DNA of 64,000 bases. Source: Algoriphagus sp. (GTDB taxonomy: Bacteria; Bacteroidota; Bacteroidia; Cytophagales; Cyclobacteriaceae). Location of the stretch: contig JBKJKX010000047.1 in NCBI GenBank assembly GCA_046597285.1, positions 9,256-73,255 on the forward strand. The letters run 5' to 3'. The notes beneath the pieces were generated by a model, which had not been told where the DNA came from, ran no database searches, and was given only the letters and a program-made list of their open reading frames with translations. Within the stretch, counting starts at the first letter, position 1; every line of letters begins with the position of its first letter. The position numbers and the translations under genes were made by a program. Below, one piece after another: positions 9,960 to 18,818 of the stretch.

Positions 9960-11264
9960 ATGAAAAAGATTTGGATTGGTTTTGTAGCGCTTATACTCAC
10001 TCTAGGCGTAGCTACCTCCCTCCAGTATTTTAGCTTAACCCAATATTCATATATTGAACCTACTCCAGTAAAAACCATCCAAGAAAAGGCACCCGTTGAG
10101 GTATTCCTTTACGGAATCAATGTAACAGGACTCAATATCGTGGAAGGCACGGTGAGTAAAAATCAAACACTTGGATCAATCCTAGCTCCTTTCAATGTTC
10201 CGTATCAAATCATTGATGAGCTCGCAAGGAGATCCAAAAAGGTATTCGATGTGAGAGGGATTTCAATTAATAACAAGTTCACTATTCTGACCCCGGAGGA
10301 TTCAACCAAAGCTCAGTTTTTCATTTACGAGCCAAATCCTGCAGAATTTGTAGTATTCAACCTGGACTCCCTCAATATTTATAAAGCTGATAAACCTGCA
10401 GAAATCAGAATCAGAGAAGTGGGTGGAGTCATACAGACTTCCCTCTATGTAGATATGGTCAAGCAAAATATCACTCCAGACATGATTGACCAGTTTGCGG
10501 ATTTATATGGCTGGTCAGTGGATTTTCAGCGCTTGCAAAAAGGCGATAAATTCAAAGTCGTATATGAGGAAAAAGTAATTGAAGGAAATGTCATCAGTGT
10601 TTCTGATATCAAGCTGGCTTATTTTGAGCATGTGGGAATTCCTTATCATGCGATCCCATTCGACCAAAATGGAGAAATCAATTTTTTTGACCAAGAAGGT
10701 AACAGCTTGAAGAAAGCGTTTCTCAGAGATCCTCTAAAGTATTCCAGAATCAGTTCCCGATATAATCTGAAGAGATTTCACCCTGTACAAAAACGATACA
10801 AAGCTCATCTTGGAACTGACTATGCCGCACCTTCTGGTACAGAAATCAGATCTGTTGGAGAAGGGACAGTTTTAGAAGCCAAATACACTTCTGCTAACGG
10901 AAATTATGTGAAAATCAAACACAACGGAACTTATACGACGCAATACCTTCACATGTCCAAAATCGGAAAAGGCGTAAAAGCCGGTTCCCGAATCAGACAA
11001 GGCCAAGTGATTGGGTATGTAGGAAGTACAGGTCTTGCAACTGGACCTCACTTGTGTTTCAGATTCTGGAAAAATGGTAAGCAGGAAGATTGGTTGCAAG
11101 AAAAAATCCCTCCCTCCGAGCCAATTTCAGCTAGTAACCGAATGGCTTTTGATTCCAAAAAATCTGAAGCAATGGGTTTATTAGCAGGTATTTCTCTCAC
11201 AGCAGAACCTAAAAAACTGTTTGCAAAAGAAATCCAGGACGATTTTGGCACTCCAGGACATTAA
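9960..11264 (+). CDS. Peptidoglycan DD-metalloendopeptidase, M23 family (MepM/OapA-like architecture)
   Basis: N-terminal TM, RFHPV, HLGTDYAAP (HxxxD), YLHM, IGYVGSTGLATGPHLC. Confidence 0.93.
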   Translation: MKKIWIGFVALILTLGVATSLQYFSLTQYSYIEPTPVKTIQEKAPVEVFLYGINVTGLNIVEGTVSKNQTLGSILAPFNVPYQIIDELARRSKKVFDVRGISINNKFTILTPEDSTKAQFFIYEPNPAEFVVFNLDSLNIYKADKPAEIRIREVGGVIQTSLYVDMVKQNITPDMIDQFADLYGWSVDFQRLQKGDKFKVVYEEKVIEGNVISVSDIKLAYFEHVGIPYHAIPFDQNGEINFFDQEGNSLKKAFLRDPLKYSRISSRYNLKRFHPVQKRYKAHLGTDYAAPSGTEIRSVGEGTVLEAKYTSANGNYVKIKHNGTYTTQYLHMSKIGKGVKAGSRIRQGQVIGYVGSTGLATGPHLCFRFWKNGKQEDWLQEKIPPSEPISASNRMAFDSKKSEAMGLLAGISLTAEPKKLFAKEIQDDFGTPGH

Positions 11265-11329
11265 TTCATTTTCCTGAAAATCAAGCCTGATTGATCCATT
11301 GACTTTCTGCCAAAATTCCCTCCTACTTA

Positions 11330-12070
11330 ATGGACCAAGAATCATTCATCCGGATCAATAAATACCTGAGTGAAGTTGGCTTTTGTTCCAGAAGGGCTGC
11401 CGATCTATTGATGGAGCAAGGAAGAATAACATTAAATGGGAAAATACCTGAATTGGGAACCAAAGTAGGTCCTGAGGATGAAGTGAGAGTGGACGGTAAT
11501 CTTGTTGGAAAGCCCATTCAAACGCATACCTACATTGCTTTTCACAAGCCAGTTGGAATAGTTTGCACTACGGATACAAAAGGAGAAAAGAATAACATCA
11601 TTGATTTTATCAATCACCCACAGCGGATTTTCCCAATCGGAAGACTGGACAAAGTCAGTGAAGGGCTTATTTTTTTGACGAGCGAGGGAGATATCGTCAA
11701 CAAGATCCTACGATCCAAAAACAATCACGAAAAGGAATACATCGTCACGGTGGATAAAACTGCCAATGATCATTTCATTGAGAGGATGTCAAAAGGAATT
11801 CCAATTTTGGGAACGATGACAGATCCTTGCAAAGTGGAAAGGGTAAGTAAATTCAAGTTCCGGATTATCCTCAAACAAGGGCTAAATCGACAAATCCGAA
11901 GAATGTGCGAATACCTAGGTTTTAGTGTGACTCAACTCAAAAGAATCCGAATCATGAATATCCATTTGGATATCCCTGTCGGGAAATGGAGGGATTTGAC
12001 AGAAAAAGAACTGAAGGAACTGAAGGAATTGGTAGCTGATAGCTCAAAAACTTTTGACGGTGATGATTGA
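11330..12070 (+). CDS. rluF: 23S rRNA pseudouridine synthase RluF
   Basis: S4 domain (RINKYLSEVGFCSRR), catalytic GRLD, GLNRQIRRMC. Confidence 0.9.
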   Translation: MDQESFIRINKYLSEVGFCSRRAADLLMEQGRITLNGKIPELGTKVGPEDEVRVDGNLVGKPIQTHTYIAFHKPVGIVCTTDTKGEKNNIIDFINHPQRIFPIGRLDKVSEGLIFLTSEGDIVNKILRSKNNHEKEYIVTVDKTANDHFIERMSKGIPILGTMTDPCKVERVSKFKFRIILKQGLNRQIRRMCEYLGFSVTQLKRIRIMNIHLDIPVGKWRDLTEKELKELKELVADSSKTFDGDD

Positions 12071-12092
12071 AACGATTTTTTTCAATCAATAC

Positions 12093-13367
12093 TCACTTCA
12101 ATTTTGTGACCATTATTTTGTCGATTCTCTGACCATCTTTATCAAGTACCTCTAGTTCGTAGCCTTCCACTTTTATTTTTTCGCCAACTGATGGGACCTG
12201 ACTGCTTTTATGTATGATTAATCCTGCGACTGTGGTGAAAGGATTATTTTTGCTATTCAGATTGAGTTCAAAATATTTTACAAAATCAATCAAAGAATAC
12301 TGACCATCAACCAGCCAGCTGTTTTCGTCTCGTGGTGTGATCTGATATTCGTCCTGATCAAATTCTGTAGATTCTCCGACTAAAGCGTCTACAACATCAT
12401 CCATTGTTACGATTCCCATAGTAGAACCATACTCGTCTATCACGATGCCATAGTGCATTTTTTCTTTTTTGAAAATCTCCAAAACAGGATAGGCAAAAGA
12501 TGTCTCGTTGATGAAAAGAGGCTTTTTTAAGTAATCAGTCAGTTTAAATCCTGACTCCAATTGAGGAGAAAAAAGATCCTTCAGAAGTACAATTCCGATG
12601 ACCTCATCCAGGTTATTATTTTTACAAACCGGATAAGCAGAATGCTTTTCCTTATTGATTTTAGTACTTATAGTTTGCCATGAATCCGAAATATTAAAAA
12701 AAACTAAATCTGTCCGATGGGTTAAAAGACTATTAATCCTTCGGTCTCCTAGTTCAAAAACCCTTTCAACTATATCCTGCTCAATATTCTGAATCTCGCC
12801 CCCTTCTGCACTTTCTTTTATCAAAGCTTTAATTTCTTCTTCGGAAACCCGGGAATCCGTTGGTTTCTTTATCCCGAATACCATCAAAAGAAAGTCGTTA
12901 GAAGAAGTAAGTAACCATACAAAGGGACCGGTGATTTTGGATAAAATGTTCATCGGTCGTGCAAGTGCAATTGCAATAGGTTCCGGAAAAGTCATTCCAA
13001 GCCTTTTAGGAAACAATTCACCTAAAACAATTGAAAGGTAGGTGATGAAAATTACGATGATTCCAGTTGAAAGAGTTTTAGCATAAGGTGCAATCAAATC
13101 AATTTGCAAAATAAATCCCTCTACATCATTTGTCAGGTTTTCACCGCTATACACACCTAATAGAATTCCAATTAAAGTAATCCCTATTTGAACCGTGGAA
13201 AGAAAACGGGTTGGATTTTCAGATAATTCCAAAGCTTTCTTAGCCCCTAGTGTTCCTTTTTTACTTGCGGCTTCTAGTTTGAATTTTCTGGATGACACCA
13301 AAGCCAGTTCAGACATAGCAAAAATACCATTGAGTAAAACCAAGGCGATAATAATGAGTATTTCCAT
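12093..13367 (-). CDS. Hemolysin family / HlyC-CorC transporter (DUF21 + CBS pair + CorC_HlyC)
   Basis: MEILII start (ATG at 13367; ORF to 13403), FAMSELALVSSRK, FLSTVQIGIT, GELFPK, VIDEYG...VTMDD. Confidence 0.93.
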   Translation of the reverse strand: MEILIIIALVLLNGIFAMSELALVSSRKFKLEAASKKGTLGAKKALELSENPTRFLSTVQIGITLIGILLGVYSGENLTNDVEGFILQIDLIAPYAKTLSTGIIVIFITYLSIVLGELFPKRLGMTFPEPIAIALARPMNILSKITGPFVWLLTSSNDFLLMVFGIKKPTDSRVSEEEIKALIKESAEGGEIQNIEQDIVERVFELGDRRINSLLTHRTDLVFFNISDSWQTISTKINKEKHSAYPVCKNNNLDEVIGIVLLKDLFSPQLESGFKLTDYLKKPLFINETSFAYPVLEIFKKEKMHYGIVIDEYGSTMGIVTMDDVVDALVGESTEFDQDEYQITPRDENSWLVDGQYSLIDFVKYFELNLNSKNNPFTTVAGLIIHKSSQVPSVGEKIKVEGYELEVLDKDGQRIDKIMVTKLK

Positions 13368-13782
13368 TCGAGGGTTAAGAGGTTCTAATTCGATAAAGAT
13401 CACACTAAATAAAACAAGATCAGATTCTTCCCAGCAAAAACAGCCAAAAAGCCCATGAAATTCGGAGGTGTTTTTTGTTGCATAAGGATGAAACCTAAAA
13501 CTTTATTTACTTTTTTCAGTTGATAGAGTTTCTATTTTCCTCTCTTTTCAAGAATTGCTGAAGGAGGGGTTTCCCTTTTGAGTTGTAGTTTTCTGATTAC
13601 CTGGGCTGGAATTAAACTCTTACAAAATTCCAGTCAGATGACATTTTTCAGAAAATCAACCAACTCGGATTTAAAACATTAATTTTCATTGGATATTGAA
13701 ACAACTTCATTCCATCAATCATTATTGGATTGAATACTAAACCTAAAAGAAGGTAATTTGAATTTCCTTTAAATATTTTCTT

Positions 13783-15219
13783 ATGATCAACTCTCCCGTC
13801 ATTCAAAGCTCTCCCTCTGCTATTGAGGAAGCATTCAATTTGCAGCAAAAAAAAGCCAAACTCTGGAGAAAATCTACAGCAGAAGAACGGATTGAGCGCC
13901 TCAATCAGATTAAAATCTGGATCAAAAAGAACCAGGATGAAATTAGAAATGCCCTAAATTCAGATTTCAACAAACCAATTCCTGAAACAGATCTGAGTGA
14001 GATTTACCCCGTAACTTCAGAAATCAACCACACTATAAAGAATCTAAAGTCATGGATGAAAGCCAAATCGGTCTCTACTCCTTTGGCTATGCTGGGGACA
14101 AAAGGGAAGATTCTTTTTGAGCCTAAAGGTACTTCCCTGATTATTGCTCCCTGGAATTATCCTTTTAATTTGGCGGTGGCTCCAATGATTTCTGCTTTGG
14201 CTGCAGGCTGTACAGTGATATTAAAGCCATCGGAAATAACTCCTCATACCTCTGCTTTGGTTCAAAAAATGGTGGAGGACCTTTTTGATTCCTCTGAAGT
14301 TGCCGTTTTTCAAGGGAAAGCAGAAGTCGCTCAAACTTTGCTAAGTCTTCCTTTTGACCATATATTCTTCACCGGAAGCCCTGGAGTTGGCAAAATTGTA
14401 ATGAAAGCTGCATCTGAGAATTTGACCTCAGTAACCCTGGAACTTGGAGGAAAATCTCCTGCAATTGTTGACAACACGGCTGATTTGAAAGATGCTGCAG
14501 AAAAATTAGTGTCAGGAAAATTTATCAACTGCGGACAAACGTGTATTGCCCCAGATTATATTCTCGTTCATCAAGAGCAGTGTTTCCAACTGGTAATGGA
14601 AATGAAACTTGCGATTCAAAAAATGTATGACCCCAATTATAAAGGAATTGACAAATCTCCGGATTTGGCAAGAATAGTCAATGAAAAGCACTTTTTAAGA
14701 ATCAATGGATACCTGACAGACGCAATCAATAAAGGCGCCTCATTAGAATTTGGAGGGAAAACTGATTTGGCACACCGATACTTTGAGCCGACTATTTTAT
14801 CAAATGTAAATGAAGAAATGAACGTGATGCAGGAGGAAATTTTTGGACCCATATTACCAGTTATGACTTACCAAAATTTGGACGAGGCGATAGAATATAT
14901 TAACTCCAAACCAAAACCATTGGCACTTTATTTCTTTGGGAATGACTCAGAGGCAACGAATAAAGTACTGACAGAGACTAGCTCGGGAAACGCAGTCATC
15001 AATGATTGTGTTTTGCACTTCTTACACAACGAGCTTCCATTTGGAGGAGTTAATAACAGTGGGATTGGAAAAGCACACGGGCATTTTGGCTTTTTGGCAT
15101 TTTCAAATGAAAAAGGAATCCTGAAGCAGCGAGTTGGAATGAACAATACCAGCCTTCTTAAACCTCCATACGGTGCAAAGGCAAAACAAATTATATCCTC
15201 TTTAATCAAATGGCTTTAA
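13783..15219 (+). CDS. Aldehyde dehydrogenase (class 3 / fatty or coniferyl aldehyde type)
   Basis: PWNYPF, KPSE, FTGS, LELGGKSP, catalytic GQTCIAPDY, EEIFGP, PFGGVNNSG. Confidence 0.96.
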   Translation: MINSPVIQSSPSAIEEAFNLQQKKAKLWRKSTAEERIERLNQIKIWIKKNQDEIRNALNSDFNKPIPETDLSEIYPVTSEINHTIKNLKSWMKAKSVSTPLAMLGTKGKILFEPKGTSLIIAPWNYPFNLAVAPMISALAAGCTVILKPSEITPHTSALVQKMVEDLFDSSEVAVFQGKAEVAQTLLSLPFDHIFFTGSPGVGKIVMKAASENLTSVTLELGGKSPAIVDNTADLKDAAEKLVSGKFINCGQTCIAPDYILVHQEQCFQLVMEMKLAIQKMYDPNYKGIDKSPDLARIVNEKHFLRINGYLTDAINKGASLEFGGKTDLAHRYFEPTILSNVNEEMNVMQEEIFGPILPVMTYQNLDEAIEYINSKPKPLALYFFGNDSEATNKVLTETSSGNAVINDCVLHFLHNELPFGGVNNSGIGKAHGHFGFLAFSNEKGILKQRVGMNNTSLLKPPYGAKAKQIISSLIKWL

Positions 15220-16100
15220 AAATGAACTCATTTAGACAAATTCAATTATTCAGGTTTTTGGCCCAATTATTACTCCTACTTTTTATTTGGTCTTGCGACT
15301 CTAGCAAGGATGAAGATCCAATTGGTCTTTTGCCCGCATTAAATTTAGTAAATCAGGCTTATGGAACTGACACGAAACAGACCTTGGATGTTTATTTACC
15401 TCCTGGAAGATCGATTGAAGAAACTCCAGTTCTCGTTTATATACACGGAGGTGCCTGGATTGATGGTAGTAAAAGTGAATTTTTAGGTTTTCAATCTCTG
15501 CTAGAAAAATCTTTCCTTGGATATGCTTTTATTTCGATCGATTACAGGCTTTTCAATCTTAACAATGGGGGTAATAAATTCCCGACCCAGGAAAATGATG
15601 TCCTCAAATCAATTGAATACATTCTGAGCAAAACTACAGGTTGGAATATTTCCAATAAAATTATCCTTGCCGGAGCCAGCGCGGGGGGACATTTGGCTCT
15701 TTTGCATAGTTATAAACATCAGGATATAGGCAATATCCAAGCGGTGATTGCATTTTTTCCACCTACAGACCTTGCTCCATTTTATAATTTCAATTCTATT
15801 ACCTCTACACTCTTAACAGGTCTAATTGGTGGTGCTCCGGCAGAACAACCGCGAATATATTCTGCGTCTAGCCCTGTTACTTTTATAAATGAAAATTCAA
15901 TTCCAACTGTGTTTTTTCATGGAACCACAGATAATGTAGTGCCAATCAGCCAAAGCGAAATTCTAAAAAAGGAATTGGAATCTTTTAGCGTTCCTTTTCT
16001 GTATAAATCCATTCCTGGTCAAGGACATGGCTTCACCGAGGCCACTTATGCCACTTCGATTCAAGAGGCCTCTGTTTATTTGAAGACTGTATTAAAATAA
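15210..16100 (+). CDS. alpha/beta hydrolase (esterase/lipase, BD-FAE-like), probable lipoprotein
   Basis: Lipobox IWSC, HGGAW, GASAGG nucleophile, HGTTD and GHGF catalytic motifs. Confidence 0.88.
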   Translation: MALKMNSFRQIQLFRFLAQLLLLLFIWSCDSSKDEDPIGLLPALNLVNQAYGTDTKQTLDVYLPPGRSIEETPVLVYIHGGAWIDGSKSEFLGFQSLLEKSFLGYAFISIDYRLFNLNNGGNKFPTQENDVLKSIEYILSKTTGWNISNKIILAGASAGGHLALLHSYKHQDIGNIQAVIAFFPPTDLAPFYNFNSITSTLLTGLIGGAPAEQPRIYSASSPVTFINENSIPTVFFHGTTDNVVPISQSEILKKELESFSVPFLYKSIPGQGHGFTEATYATSIQEASVYLKTVLK

Positions 16101-16123
16101 AAAAACCCGGTCAAGGCCGGGTT
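16098..16123 (-). terminator. Terminator between the convergent hydrolase and ECF sigma operon
   Basis: Stem AACCCGG/CCGGGTT with an A-tract on the left, which is a U-tract for minus-strand transcripts. Confidence 0.7.
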
Positions 16124-16134
16124 ACCAAATTTTT

Positions 16135-16368
16135 TCAGACTTTTTGAAGTCCCGTAGAGTGAGCCTTCAACTTGATGGCTTTTACTACTTTTTCCGAAGG
16201 CGAAAGCTGGAATTGTTCCAGTTGATCAAGTGTGCTCAGCATCTCCACATATTCTTGCATCAGCGATTCATCGCTATGCAAGGCTTGCACCAAAAGATCT
16301 TGCTCCACCTCGTTCATTTCCTGATAGATATACCTGATCAGGTCATTTGGGGTAAATGGTTTTATCAT
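16135..16368 (-). CDS. Small protein overlapping the ECF sigma gene; candidate anti-sigma factor
   Basis: 77-79 aa (MIKPFTPNDLIRYIYQE...), overlapping the sigma 3' end, helical, no TM. Confidence 0.75.
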   Translation of the reverse strand: MIKPFTPNDLIRYIYQEMNEVEQDLLVQALHSDESLMQEYVEMLSTLDQLEQFQLSPSEKVVKAIKLKAHSTGLQKV

Positions 16369-16945
16369 AGGCAAAGTTTAACTGTTTCATTTTTTTTCTA
16401 AGATGGATGAGCGCGTATCGCATTCTTCCCAAGGCTGTGTTGATACTCACTCCAGTCTGATCCGCGATCTCCTGAAAACTCATATCCACATAATATCTCA
16501 TAATCAGAACTTCTTTTTGAGTTTCAGGAAGTTCTTCAATCAGTCGTTTTACCAGTTCAATATTTTCATCTCGTACCTGTCGGTCCTCAATGGATTCCTC
16601 TGAAAACTTGAGAGAATTGAAAATATTCGAACCATCCTCCATTAAAATTGTCGGATACCTTTTGGCTTTTCTAAAGTAATCAATGGCCAAATTGTGAGCA
16701 ATTCTCATCACCCAAGGTTGGAATTTTCCCTCCTCATTGTATTTGTCTGAATTGATGGTGTTGACCACTTTAACAAATACATCTTGCAACAAATCTTCTG
16801 CAATTTCCTGATCCTTAACAATCAAGAAAATCGTGGTGTAAATCTTCTTTTGGTATCTGTCTACCAATAAATCAAATGCAGGCTCACTGCCATTTCGATA
16901 TTGAGCAATTAGCTCGCTGTCCTGAGGACCTATTCCCTTACTCAT
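16343..16945 (-). CDS. ECF RNA polymerase sigma-70 factor
   Basis: Region 2 AEDLLQDVF...WVMRIAHNLAIDYFRK and region 4 MSFQEIADQTGVSINTALGRMRYA. Probable start MSKG at 16945 (ORF to 16966). Confidence 0.95.
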   Translation of the reverse strand: MSKGIGPQDSELIAQYRNGSEPAFDLLVDRYQKKIYTTIFLIVKDQEIAEDLLQDVFVKVVNTINSDKYNEEGKFQPWVMRIAHNLAIDYFRKAKRYPTILMEDGSNIFNSLKFSEESIEDRQVRDENIELVKRLIEELPETQKEVLIMRYYVDMSFQEIADQTGVSINTALGRMRYALIHLRKKMKQLNFAYDKTIYPK

Positions 16946-17290
16946 TTTAAGTTGGTTAATTATCAACGTAAAAGTCTAGGCCATAGTATTTGTTAAGGTT
17001 CGAAGAATTATAAAGAATTTAAAAGTAGGCTTTCATAATCCAACTTACAAAGAAAAACAGAGGATATTTCGAGTTTTAATTCTAAAAACAGAATGGAAAC
17101 CGAATTTTGAAAATCGAAAAAAATCCTTGCACTGCTATTTGGTAAATGCTTTCTTGAAAAACACTGAGCCAATGTCCAAGCCAGAAGATGTTAATATCTA
17201 GTCATGTTCATCCATTTTTTGACTTTTCAAATCAGGAGATTTCAAAGGCATTGCTTAACTTCGGGAGACTTAATATTTAATTAATCAATA

Positions 17291-17638
17291 ATGGAACTGA
17301 GCGGAAAAGTAATTCAGCAACTGCCCGAGGTAGGCGGTAATTCAAAAAGTGGTAATGCTTGGAGAAAGCAAGAATATATCTTGGAAACGGGAGGACAATA
17401 TCCTAAAAAAGTTTGCGTATCACTTTGGGGGGACAAAATAGACCAATTTTCACTGAAAGCGGGTGAAAATGTAACGATGGGCATTGACGTTGAAAGCCGT
17501 GAGTACAATGGCCGATGGTATACTGAAGTGAAAGCTTATAAGGTTGACCGCTCAGGCGCATCAGGATCTATTCCTTCAGATATGCCAGAGGTTGATAGTT
17601 TTCACTCCGATGGAGATGAAGACAAATTACCTTTCTAA
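17291..17638 (+). CDS. DUF3127 family OB-fold protein (SSB-like)
   Basis: MELSGKVI...GNAWRKQEYILET...YPKKVC...VESREYNGRWYTEVKAYK, with acidic tail DGDEDKLPF. Confidence 0.88.
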   Translation: MELSGKVIQQLPEVGGNSKSGNAWRKQEYILETGGQYPKKVCVSLWGDKIDQFSLKAGENVTMGIDVESREYNGRWYTEVKAYKVDRSGASGSIPSDMPEVDSFHSDGDEDKLPF

Positions 17639-17655
17639 AAAAAGCAAAAATTGCT

Positions 17656-18117
17656 ATGTGGGATGATTTTGAGGATGAAGAAGCAGAGTGGGATGAGGAT
17701 GGAGAATTTGATCCGAGAAAGGAGCTGGAAAAAATCTACAAGCATCCTTTAATGATCAAAGCCAAAGAAATTATAGGGCTTACAAGGGCGCTTGTTGGCA
17801 GTTTGGATGAGGCCAGACGTGAGTTGTATGGAGGTTTAATGATGGAAGATGCAACTCTGATGAGTTCCAAATTTGCGGGTGCTGAATCTATCCAGGATTA
17901 TGTTCTGAAAATGGAAAAGGCAGTCATTATGAAGGTTCATGCAAAAAATCTAAACTCCATGACTTATCAATTGGCGCTGGAAGAAACACATGCTGAAGAA
18001 CATCTAGAACTTTTGAGACAGGCAATTGAAGAGTACCGGAAGCTTTTCGTAGAATGGCTAAAAGGCTTTGATCGAACAGAAAAATTTGATGACGGATGGG
18101 GAATGTTTACAGATTAA
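17656..18117 (+). CDS. Conserved hypothetical protein, probable four-helix bundle (Avd/IVP-like)
   Basis: Clean 153-aa ORF 17 bp after DUF3127, acidic N-terminus, amphipathic helices, KFAGAE and EEYRKLFVEW motifs. Confidence 0.7.
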   Translation: MWDDFEDEEAEWDEDGEFDPRKELEKIYKHPLMIKAKEIIGLTRALVGSLDEARRELYGGLMMEDATLMSSKFAGAESIQDYVLKMEKAVIMKVHAKNLNSMTYQLALEETHAEEHLELLRQAIEEYRKLFVEWLKGFDRTEKFDDGWGMFTD

Positions 18118-18263
18118 ATCTTTCCACTTCCAAATTTAAATCCCAGCCAACCGCCAAGAATCATCAGAATTAAAGTTATCCCGCCTAAAAGTAACAAGAC
18201 ATTCAACGGGATTTCCCATGGGACATCACCGATTTTAAATCGAATTGGTTTTTTCCAGTCCAT
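18114..18263 (-). CDS. Small single-pass membrane protein (49 aa)
   Basis: Below the track cutoff. MDWKKPIRFKIGDVPWEIPLNVLLLLGGITLILMILGGWLGFKFGSGKI*, with one strong hydrophobic segment, fills the gap after the purE terminator. Confidence 0.65.
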   Translation of the reverse strand: MDWKKPIRFKIGDVPWEIPLNVLLLLGGITLILMILGGWLGFKFGSGKI

Positions 18264-18275
18264 AAACTATTAATG

Positions 18276-18302
18276 AAAATGCGGCCAGATAAGCCGCATT
18301 TT
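18276..18302 (-). terminator. Terminator after purKE
   Basis: 10-bp stem AAAATGCGGC/GCCGCATTTT directly after the purE stop. Confidence 0.75.
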
Positions 18303-18818
18303 TTATTTTTTTAGAATTTCTTTCCAGCCTTTTTGCTCAATTTGAGCGGCCGACTCTTCTACTTTCTCTCTCAAGGTTTTCTTATATGCATCCAATCTAG
18401 CAGCAACCTCAGGATCAAACGAACCTACTATCGAAGCTGCGAGAATCCCGGCATTCTTGCCACCATTCAAAGCAACTGTTGCCACAGGTATTCCCCCTGG
18501 CATTTGCAAAATAGACAGGATACTATCCCAGCCATCAATCGAATTGGAGCTTTTAATCGGCACCCCCACTACGGGAAGACTTGTCAAAGATGCAACCATT
18601 CCCGGAAGATGTGCTGCCCCACCAGCACCTGCCACGATCACTTTAATTCCTCGCTCCCGGGCTGTTTCAGCATAAGATATCATTCGATGGGGAGTTCGAT
18701 GAGCAGAAACAACTGTCAATTCGTAGCTGACACCAAGCTCTTCAAGCATTTGTGCTGCTTCAGACATGATCGGAAGATCTGACTGACTTCCCATGATTAT
18801 TCCTACTGATGGATTCAT
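18303..18818 (-). CDS. purE: N5-carboxyaminoimidazole ribonucleotide mutase
   Basis: IIMGSQSDL, VSAHRTP, AGAGGAAHLPGM, PVATVA. Confidence 0.98.
   Translation of the reverse strand: MNPSVGIIMGSQSDLPIMSEAAQMLEELGVSYELTVVSAHRTPHRMISYAETARERGIKVIVAGAGGAAHLPGMVASLTSLPVVGVPIKSSNSIDGWDSILSILQMPGGIPVATVALNGGKNAGILAASIVGSFDPEVAARLDAYKKTLREKVEESAAQIEQKGWKEILKK

Noticed and set aside
17291-18117. Diversity-generating retroelement suggested by the Avd-like protein
   Set aside because: No reverse transcriptase and no template/variable repeat pair in the window
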